From positions 2,249,510-2,313,509 of the forward strand of contig OY781889.1 in NCBI GenBank assembly GCA_963677185.1: 64,000 nucleotides of DNA, given 5' to 3'. Position numbers and translations under genes: made by a program. Origin of the DNA: Syntrophomonadaceae bacterium (GTDB lineage Bacteria > Bacillota > Syntrophomonadia > Syntrophomonadales > Syntrophomonadaceae). Positions 9,270 to 17,019 of this stretch are shown here, piece after piece (within the stretch, counting starts at the first letter, position 1; each line of letters begins with the position of its first letter). The notes below the pieces were generated by a model. The model saw only the letters and a list, made by a program, of their open reading frames with translations. It was not told the DNA's origin and searched no databases.

Positions 9270-11633
9270 ATGCCGGATGAATTACCAGTCAAAGAAAATA
9301 ATTTGCCATGGCTGAAGAGCCTGGCAGGCAAACTGAGCCTGGCCATGGTGCGCCTTTTGGTAGTGATTTTACTGATCATGGGGCTGGGATTAGCTGGGAT
9401 TGCTATGCAGGCAGAAGAAAAAAGCGCTTATCAACTGCAACAGCAGCGGGCAAACCAGGTATCAGTAGTTATTTCATCCTATCTGGTCGAAGCAATTGAC
9501 TCTCTAGAACTTTTTTTGTCCCTGGAATCAATAGAAAATATGAATGCGGCTCAAAAGAAGAGCGCTCTGGAAAGGCTGCTGATGGAAAGGCGCCTGCTGG
9601 TCAGCCAGCTGATTCTGCTTGATTCTGAAGGATACGAGCAAATCAAGGTTTCGCGGAATCATACTTACCTGCCGGATGAACTGGGCTTTGCCGGAGATAC
9701 TGATTACTATCGCGAGGCTATGGCTGGCCGGACCTACATCAGTCCCATTTATTTATCGGATGACAATGGCTTGCTGTCAGTTCTGGCAGTTGTTCCGGCA
9801 ATCAAAGAGAATGGCTCGCCGGACGGAGCATTATGTGCCGAAGTAAATTTGAGCCTGTTGTGGCAGGAATTAGCCGGCATTCAAAACGGAGAAACCGGTT
9901 ACGCATATATCGTTGATAATAAGGGGCGGTTCGTAGCCTACCAGGACCTGTCTACAGTTTTGCAGCGATATGGGGAAGAAATGAATAATATACCTGCAGT
10001 GGCTGCTTTTATGCATGCTGATGGCAAAGATAACGGCCAGATTGGGAAATATACAGGATTAACCGGTCAGGAGGTTATTGGAGCCTACGCGCCCATTAGT
10101 GAAACCAACTGGGCAGCAGTGGTGGAAATGCCTGAACAAGAGGCCTATGCGGGCATTAACCAAATGCGTTTTTATTCGGGCTTCCTTATATTGGCGGGTA
10201 TTATTGCCTCGATTTGGATTGCTTCAGTCATGTCACGAAGCTTTGTCCAGCCCATCCTGGTTCTGGCAGATACAGCCAGGAGACTGGGCGATGGGGAGCT
10301 GGATGCCATAGCCGCAGGCAGTGAGCGGCCTGACGAACTGGGGGTATTGGCGGGAGCCTTTAACAAAATGCGAGAGCGACTGGTTGAATTGATCCATACC
10401 CTGGAAAAAAATGTTAACGAGCTGGGGCGTTCCAGGCAAGAACAGGCCGAACTCATTGTCGAACAAGAAAAGCGCAACACCGAATTGGTCAATCTGAGAG
10501 AATTACTGAAGAACATTATTGATTCTATGCCCTCAATCCTAATCGGGGTTGACCAGAATGGCCTGGTAACCCAGTGGAACGCAGAGGCCAGCAAGCTGAC
10601 CGGTCTGTCGGCAGAACAGGCGGTGGGCAGGATACTAAGGGATGTTATGCCCGCTCTGGGCAATCAGATGGCGCTCATTGAAAAAGCCATTGAAGAAAAT
10701 ATGGTGCACAGGGAAGATCGGGTGCTGCTGCTTAACAACGGTGAAACCAGCTTTTCGGAGTTGATGGTCTATCCCCTGACTGCCGATCATCTGGAGGGGG
10801 CTGTGGTCAGAGTTGATGATATCACCGAGAAAGTGCGTCTGGAAGAAATGATGATCCAGACCGAAAAGATGATGTCAGTCGGAGGACTGGCGGCAGGTAT
10901 GGCTCACGAGATCAATAATCCCCTGGGAGGCATCATTCAAGGGGCACAAAATCTGGAAAGAAGGCTGGATCCGCTGAACAAAAAAAACCAGAATATTGCT
11001 GACGAGTGCGGGATTGATCTGGATAGGTTGCATGATTACCTGGAAAAGAGAATGTTAATAGAAATTCTGGACGGAATCAGGCAAAGTGGAATACGGGCGT
11101 CAAAAATCGTTGAAAACATGCTGCGGTTTAGCCGGAGCAGCGAAACCAGCCATAAGCTTTGCGACCTTAACCAGCTGTTGGATAGAAGCATTGAACTGGC
11201 ATCCAGCGATTATGATCTTAAGAAAAAATATGATTTCAGGTACATAAATATAGTGCGAAAATACGATCCTGAACTGCTGCCAGTTGTTTGCGCAGATATG
11301 GAGATCGAGCAGGTCATATTAAACATCGTCAAGAACTCGGCCCAGGCATTGGGCGGCATGGCCGAACCTGAACAGCATCCGTCCATTATTTTGCGAAGCT
11401 GTATGGAAGACGGCATGGCGGTAATCGAAATCGAAGACAACGGACCTGGAATGGATGATGCTGTCAAACGGCGAATTTTTGAACCGTTTTTTACCACCAA
11501 GGCTTTAGGCGAAGGCACCGGTCTGGGGCTTTCGGTATCATATTTTATCATCACCAACAATCACAACGGCCAGATATATGTGGAGTCCAGTCCCGGGCAT
11601 GGAACCCGCTTCATCATTAAGCTTCCCCTTTAA
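9270..11633 (+). CDS. Sensor histidine kinase with two TM helices flanking a periplasmic Cache-like domain, then HAMP, PAS, HisKA and HATPase_c.
   Basis: TM helices at about residues 25-47 and 300-320. H-box AHEINNPLGGI. G-boxes DNGPGMDD and [10 protein letters not shown]. Its start lies 6 bp after the SBP stop. Confidence 0.85.
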   Translation: MPDELPVKENNLPWLKSLAGKLSLAMVRLLVVILLIMGLGLAGIAMQAEEKSAYQLQQQRANQVSVVISSYLVEAIDSLELFLSLESIENMNAAQKKSALERLLMERRLLVSQLILLDSEGYEQIKVSRNHTYLPDELGFAGDTDYYREAMAGRTYISPIYLSDDNGLLSVLAVVPAIKENGSPDGALCAEVNLSLLWQELAGIQNGETGYAYIVDNKGRFVAYQDLSTVLQRYGEEMNNIPAVAAFMHADGKDNGQIGKYTGLTGQEVIGAYAPISETNWAAVVEMPEQEAYAGINQMRFYSGFLILAGIIASIWIASVMSRSFVQPILVLADTARRLGDGELDAIAAGSERPDELGVLAGAFNKMRERLVELIHTLEKNVNELGRSRQEQAELIVEQEKRNTELVNLRELLKNIIDSMPSILIGVDQNGLVTQWNAEASKLTGLSAEQAVGRILRDVMPALGNQMALIEKAIEENMVHREDRVLLLNNGETSFSELMVYPLTADHLEGAVVRVDDITEKVRLEEMMIQTEKMMSVGGLAAGMAHEINNPLGGIIQGAQNLERRLDPLNKKNQNIADECGIDLDRLHDYLEKRMLIEILDGIRQSGIRASKIVENMLRFSRSSETSHKLCDLNQLLDRSIELASSDYDLKKKYDFRYINIVRKYDPELLPVVCADMEIEQVILNIVKNSAQALGGMAEPEQHPSIILRSCMEDGMAVIEIEDNGPGMDDAVKRRIFEPFFTTKALGEGTGLGLSVSYFIITNNHNGQIYVESSPGHGTRFIIKLPL

Positions 11634-11853
11634 AAATCATTGCAATTGACGGCTTATCACTATCAGTCATAAACTGTTCGCACTATTGGCTGCATCCATG
11701 ACTAATTAAGATGCCGGCGTTATCATTGTCATATGGATTGGCCCGGGCAGCCTTGCGGGAGTCATTTGTCAGTGTATCGGGATTTACAACGCCAGCGGCA
11801 AGATGTAGAATGAATTGCGTATTCGGTGTGGACCGGATTGCAGGAGGGGAAAT

Positions 11854-12267
11854 ATGGTCGGTTTCATAATTGACAACATAGGCACCTGGGAGTTGCTGAT
11901 AATATTAATGGTCGCCCTGATGGTTTTTGGGCCTGAAAAGGTGCCGGAACTGGCGCGCAATGCTGCCAGGATGGGGAGGAAGCTCAGCAAGATGACCAAT
12001 GAGTTGAAAAATGAATTCGGCTCCCTGGTTGATTTGGATGATGATGAAGATTTTCACCGGCGGGTTAAGCCGAAGGTTGCCGAGCGCGAAATGTTAAAAG
12101 AGATCGTTGAGTCGAAGGTGAATATGAGTGCTACATCTATGAGCGCTGCACCAATAATCAAAAGAGACCAGGCTCTGGAAAGTCCGGATGCGAAAGAGCC
12201 GGCAGCCAAAAGGACGAACCTGGAAAAGACTGAAGCAATAGAACCGCCTGAATCTGCAGGAGAATAG
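11854..12267 (+). CDS. tatA: Twin-arginine translocase subunit TatA/TatB family.
   Basis: MVGFIIDNIGTWELLIILMVALMVFGPEKVPELARNAARMGRK matches the TatA TM-amphipathic helix signature. It has a long acidic C-terminal tail. Start assigned to the internal ATG. Confidence 0.7.
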   Translation: MVGFIIDNIGTWELLIILMVALMVFGPEKVPELARNAARMGRKLSKMTNELKNEFGSLVDLDDDEDFHRRVKPKVAEREMLKEIVESKVNMSATSMSAAPIIKRDQALESPDAKEPAAKRTNLEKTEAIEPPESAGE

Positions 12268-12272
12268 CTCAT

Positions 12273-13382
12273 CTAGCTGCAGCATCCGGATACCATTTCG
12301 ATCACTTCGTTTTCACTGAGAACCCTCCGGATGAATACCGTGCTGTATTCTTTAAGATCAACGCTGTGTTTTTTCCTGGTGGCCTTGCGGCAGGAATCAT
12401 ATATTACCTGTACCGTTGGACGGGCTGGATGCTGGCGGCTGACGCCGGTGACAATGGCCAGAGAGCCATTGTTGAGTTCTACGAGGCTGCCCAGTGCGTA
12501 TACTGAAACATTGGCTAGAAGCGCTTCAACGCAATGCGGGTCGAGATGTGAGCCCGCCAGTCCTCTGACGATTTTCAAAGATCGCTGAAGGTCATAAGCC
12601 GGCCGGAAAGGACGGTCTGACATCAGGGCATCAAAAACGTCGGCTGCCGCAACGATTCGGGCATATTCATGAATGTCGCGCTTGCCCAGGTGGCGGGGAT
12701 AACCTTTACCGTCCCAGCGTTCATGATGCTGAAATGCTACATGGGCTGCAAGCAGTGAAAAATTCTGCTGTTTGCGCAGGACCTGGAAGCCATTCGCTGA
12801 GTGCATTCTGATTTCATCTATTTCTTCTACGGTCAGGGAACTGGTCTTATTTAATAAGCTCTTCGGAGTGAAACAATGGCCCAGGTCATGAAGCAGGGCT
12901 CCCATGCCCAGCTCCTTCAACCGGTTTTCAGGATAGCCCATGGTGAGGCCGGTCATTAGGGATAAGACACATACATTGACCGAGTGGCCAAAAAGATAAT
13001 CGCGGAGGCTGCGGATATCCATCAGATTGAAAAGAAAGTCGTCATTGGCCAGTATTTCCTGCAAGATGGCATGCACAGAGTTGGTGGCCTTGGTAATGTC
13101 TATCATGCTGCTGCCGGCTGCTTCAACAAATGCGTCTTTCATCGTGCGTACGGTTTCTACCCGCAATTCTTCAGTAATCACTTCTGGTCCTAATTCGAAG
13201 CCAATGAGTTCCCGCCCGGAATTAAGCACGTAAATGGATGCAAAACCCAGTGCGGAGAGGCGCTCTACATGTGTGCTGTTTAATTCGCTGCCGGCTCCGA
13301 TCAGGAGTTCTCCTCCATTTATGAAGATGTTGCGGGAAACTACCATTCCTGGTTTAAGCTGTTCAATCAATAGTCTTTGCAT
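12273..13382 (-). CDS. HD-GYP domain c-di-GMP phosphodiesterase.
   Basis: HDLGH, and HHERWDGKGYP (HD and GYP motifs). Confidence 0.8.
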   Translation of the reverse strand: MQRLLIEQLKPGMVVSRNIFINGGELLIGAGSELNSTHVERLSALGFASIYVLNSGRELIGFELGPEVITEELRVETVRTMKDAFVEAAGSSMIDITKATNSVHAILQEILANDDFLFNLMDIRSLRDYLFGHSVNVCVLSLMTGLTMGYPENRLKELGMGALLHDLGHCFTPKSLLNKTSSLTVEEIDEIRMHSANGFQVLRKQQNFSLLAAHVAFQHHERWDGKGYPRHLGKRDIHEYARIVAAADVFDALMSDRPFRPAYDLQRSLKIVRGLAGSHLDPHCVEALLANVSVYALGSLVELNNGSLAIVTGVSRQHPARPTVQVIYDSCRKATRKKHSVDLKEYSTVFIRRVLSENEVIEMVSGCCS

Positions 13383-13750
13383 GTTGGAAAACCTCCTCTG
13401 CCATAGCGTTTTATTAGCGATCTATAGCTTATGTACCGGATGATAGCCCTTGATTATGTTCAAACCTGGTGATATATGTGGTATTTCTGTATGATTGGCG
13501 GTGTTTATCGGCTGATGCCTTTCATGGAAAACCAATTTGTATGTCCTGCATTGCCTATATTAATAATACAAATTGGGACCATGATTTAGTATATTGGCCT
13601 GGTGATAGATTTATGATAAAGCAGTGATAAAGAGAGCGGTTAACCTCCTTAATTTCGTGCAGTTTCAGCACGAGATATGAGCTTTAATTAAATTGATCAG
13701 CAAATCAAATATATCGTATTATTTAGAAGTTATTAAAAGTGAGCCGAAGA

Positions 13751-15859
13751 ATGGAAAGAATAATGAGAATGATGAAAATAAAAGATATAATGAATGCCCA
13801 GCCATTGGTCTTATTGGCGGCGATGAACGTAGCGGAGGCGGTCCGGAGCCTGTTGCCTGACCAAAACGGACCCTTCCCACTGGTTGATGAAGAGGGTGCT
13901 TTTATATCCATAGTATACATTCCAGAGCTGTTAAAAGCGGTTCTGGATGGAGAGGCTGATAATAGGACCCTGGCCTCTCTCGGGCAGGCTCCGAAACGGT
14001 TATTAGATCCGGATGACAGTGCGGATCAGCTTTTGGGCAAACCGGTTGATAGCTTGCCGGTGATTGAGGACGGTAAACTTGCAGGAATCGTAGGCGTTCC
14101 GGAAATGGCAGCATATGCACTGTCGGTGCGGAGCCGGGCGGAGGAGCTTTCCAACCTGGTGGATTATGCATATAATCCCATCGTAGCCGTTGACCTGGAT
14201 AACCGCATTTGGGTTTACAACAAAGCCCTGGAGCGGGTGACTGGATTAAACGCCGCTGATTGCCTGGGACAGGATATCAATAAGACACTGCCTATGAGCC
14301 GTCTGCCCGAGGTTCTCGAAACCGGGCTTACCCAGACCACACAGAAGGTTGTATATGGGAATACCTCATTTCTATCCAACCGTGCGCCTATTTATCATGA
14401 CAATCAAATATCCGGCGCTGTAGCCATATTGCAGGAGATTTCAGAGCTGGAAGCGGTATCTCAAGAACTCGAATATGTAAAACGCCTGAATTGCGAACTA
14501 GACGCAATTATAGAATCTTCTTTCGACGGCTTGTATATCACAGATGGACAGGGCTACACGATTAGAGTGAATAAGGGTTTTGAACGCATTACTGGCAGTC
14601 CGGCCCGTGAGCATTACGGCCGGCATATGGCAGAACTGGTCGAAGAAGGGTTTTACTCCCGTTCGGGAACCCTGCTGGCGCTAGAGGCCCGGGAGCCGGT
14701 AACCATCACCCTGGAAACGATTACCGGTAAGAATGTATTGGTTACCAGCAGCCCCATCTTTGACGCTAAAGGCGAGATAACCCTGGTGGTGACCAATGTC
14801 CGTGATATAACCGAGTTGAACGAGTTGCAGCGCCGTTTGGACCAGGCTGAAAGCCTGTCCCACTTGTATCAGAACGAATTGCAGCAGCTTAAGGTTGTGG
14901 CATCAGGAGAGATTATTATGCGCTCTCCCAGGATGGAAGAAATATTCGGTCTGGCTATCCGTCTGGCCGCAGTTGATTCGACCGTGATGATCAAAGGTGA
15001 ATCCGGGGTTGGCAAGGAAATGATTGCCGACCTTATTCATTCCAGCAGCCAGCGCAAAAATGGGCCAATAGTCAAGGTGAATTGCGGGGCCATACCGGAA
15101 ACTCTGCTGGAGTCTGAACTGTTTGGCTATGAATCGGGAGCCTTTACTGGTGCGCGCAAAGAAGGCAAGCCTGGATTTTTTGAAGTTGCTCACGGAGGCA
15201 CCCTGTTTCTGGATGAAATCGGCGACCTGCCGCGCAACCTGCAGGTCAAGTTCCTCCGAGTTCTGCAGGATCGGACGGTGACGCGGGTGGGAGGAACCAA
15301 GCCCATTCCGGTAAATGTGCGCATTTTGGCGGGAACCAATCGGGATCTGGACGTTCTGGTGGAAGACCAGCAGTTCCGCGAAGACTTGTATTACCGCCTT
15401 AACGTTGTCCCGCTGGACGTACCGCCCCTCAGGGAAAGACGCGATGACATTACCCCGTTAATCGACCACTTCCTTGAATACTACAACGAGCGCTATCATA
15501 TGAATAAGCGCCTGGCCCCTGGCGTAATGGAAATTTTGTTAGATTATCACTGGCCGGGAAATGTTCGTGAACTGCAGAACCTGGTCGAAAGACTGGTGGT
15601 AGTAACTACAGATAATCTAATTACTGTCGATGATCTGCCGCCGCTTAACCAGGCTGCATCTCGTACTGCGGCGATAAGGCCTCTTAAGTCCGTGGTTGAA
15701 GAAGCCGAACGCGACCTGCTGAATAGCGCTTTTGCACGCTATAATTCAACCTATGAAGTTGCCCGGGCGCTCAAAGTAAACCAATCCACAATTGTGCGCA
15801 AAGCGGCGCGATATGGGATTAGAACTGGACTGCGCCACGATCGCCATTCTGCAAACTAA
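13751..15859 (+). CDS. Sigma-54-dependent transcriptional activator with N-terminal CBS pair, two PAS domains, an AAA+ sigma-54 interaction domain and a C-terminal Fis-type HTH. No receiver domain.
   Basis: Walker A GESGVGKE. GAFTGA loop ESELFGYESGAFTGA. C-terminal HTH VARALKVNQSTIVRKA. Confidence 0.85.
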   Translation: MERIMRMMKIKDIMNAQPLVLLAAMNVAEAVRSLLPDQNGPFPLVDEEGAFISIVYIPELLKAVLDGEADNRTLASLGQAPKRLLDPDDSADQLLGKPVDSLPVIEDGKLAGIVGVPEMAAYALSVRSRAEELSNLVDYAYNPIVAVDLDNRIWVYNKALERVTGLNAADCLGQDINKTLPMSRLPEVLETGLTQTTQKVVYGNTSFLSNRAPIYHDNQISGAVAILQEISELEAVSQELEYVKRLNCELDAIIESSFDGLYITDGQGYTIRVNKGFERITGSPAREHYGRHMAELVEEGFYSRSGTLLALEAREPVTITLETITGKNVLVTSSPIFDAKGEITLVVTNVRDITELNELQRRLDQAESLSHLYQNELQQLKVVASGEIIMRSPRMEEIFGLAIRLAAVDSTVMIKGESGVGKEMIADLIHSSSQRKNGPIVKVNCGAIPETLLESELFGYESGAFTGARKEGKPGFFEVAHGGTLFLDEIGDLPRNLQVKFLRVLQDRTVTRVGGTKPIPVNVRILAGTNRDLDVLVEDQQFREDLYYRLNVVPLDVPPLRERRDDITPLIDHFLEYYNERYHMNKRLAPGVMEILLDYHWPGNVRELQNLVERLVVVTTDNLITVDDLPPLNQAASRTAAIRPLKSVVEEAERDLLNSAFARYNSTYEVARALKVNQSTIVRKAARYGIRTGLRHDRHSAN

Positions 15860-15874
15860 TAAAAGGGTATTTTC

Positions 15875-15922
15875 AAGGCATTTTAACATTTCCAATGAAG
15901 TGAAATATTTAAATGCCTTTTT
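15875..15922 (+). terminator. Rho-independent terminator of the sigma-54 activator gene.
   Basis: 9-bp stem AAGGCATTT/AAATGCCTT with an inner ATTTC/GAAAT helix, followed by TTTTTAT. Confidence 0.5.
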
Positions 15923-15936
15923 ATGTTCAAAAGAAA

Positions 15937-16084
15937 CGGCGGCAGATAAACTGCCGCCCATATAGAAGGGTTTTATGGCTAAAGACCTGGGGTCTCCGGC
16001 TCCTTGAAAAATGGCGGCAGGCTTTCTACCGCCCATATAGAGGGTTTATGGCTAAAGACTTGAAGTCTCCGGCTTCAGAAGAAT
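15937..16084. repeat. Two tandem ~75-bp repeat units, each with two conserved hairpins. One hairpin carries compensatory base changes between the units.
   Basis: Unit 1 starts at 15937 (GGCGGCAGATAAACTGCCGCC...). Unit 2 starts at 16012 (GGCGGCAGGCTTTCTACCGCC...). Both share CCCATATAGARGGGTTTTATGGCTAAAGAC. The second hairpin reads AGACC-TGG-GGTCT in unit 1 and AGACT-TGA-AGTCT in unit 2. Confidence 0.5.
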
Positions 16085-16781
16085 GATCCTTACTTCATTC
16101 CTATTGATAGATCTCCAGATGCCAGCCCCTTCAGTCCCCCGCATTATACTACTGCAATTTGCATGCCAACTATGGGCAATAATTATCAGCATTATTTCTG
16201 ATTTTAACGAAGCCATTTTTGACTACAACAGCATGGCGGCGCGTGATTATCAATATGGGATCATATGGCATTATGGCAAAAAAAGGTAAAATCCGAGAGA
16301 GAAAACGCCCTCGATGCTGTTTGGCATCACCGCTAATGCAATAGTACATTATTTAATGCCATTTGTCATTGCTGGCTGGCAGTGCTTTCAGGATGTTTTC
16401 CATGCTATTAATTTCACTGGATGAGCCTACCTTGAGGTATCAATTGATACATTTTTGCATCGAAATCATTTTAAGACGACGGTTTACCAGAAACGCGATA
16501 TGATAATAAATTCACAATAAGGTTAACCAGTATTCTAAGCCCGGTTTGCATCGGAGTTTTAAATTCCTTATATTGTTGCATAGCATCCCTGCCTTAAGCG
16601 GATATTGAAGAAACTGGTCAGTTCACCAGCTGTTATGATGTAAACAAGTTAAGAAATCAGACAAGCACAATATTTATGGAATATACGTTGCTATGGCACT
16701 TGGAGAGTGACTGCCGACGAATACTAGAAGACTCTTCGAAGGCGAACCCTGTCCTGCCGGTGAAACGCAGGAAGCGTGGAA

Positions 16782-17019
16782 CGCGAACCTGGCCACGGAT
16801 GGCCAGTTGGAGCGGTACCGGCTGACTGGGGAGACGAGAAGCATAGTCTTCTTTTGAGGAGGCCTGGAACGAGCCAAGTCCCATAGCAGCGGAATCCAAA
16901 ACATTTTGCATGTATTATCATCAAACACAAATTTAATAAATTCAGCGGGAGTTACCCACGAAGAGTTGACACGGCCGCCAAAATAAGGTTAACAGGCATT
17001 AAAAATGCGCTTGTACTAT
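16782..17019. repeat. Left copy of the 238-bp direct repeat (target-site duplication) flanking the IS element.
   Basis: Identical over 238 bp to 18967..19204 by visual comparison. Confidence 0.8.

Noticed and set aside
10980-10987. A8 homopolymer inside the histidine-kinase coding sequence as a slippage switch.
   Set aside because: It simply encodes Lys-Lys-Asn in a linker region. The frame is intact, and there is no evidence of variability from sequence alone.
15937-16084. Possible CRISPR array.
   Set aside because: There are only two repeat units, directly abutting with no unique spacers, and no cas genes. It is a tandem duplication or structured repeat instead.
16083-16289. 68-aa hydrophobic ORF in the long intergenic region.
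   Set aside because: It has no RBS, low-complexity AT-rich codon usage and no recognisable motif, so it is left unannotated.
16700-16900. Identification of the GC-rich structured segment as SRP RNA, RNase P RNA, a cobalamin riboswitch or a TPP riboswitch.
   Set aside because: Short motif resemblances (GGAAGC, GTGGAACGCG, CTGGGGAG, GAACCTGG..GCCAG) occur, but their order and spacing do not fit those families. The length (~130 nt) is far too short for RNase P. It is left as an unclassified candidate.
16657-16930. Three overlapping minus-strand ORFs (84, 84 and 68 aa).
   Set aside because: All three frames are open over the same GC-rich stretch with no RBS. This is typical of non-coding structured sequence rather than genes.
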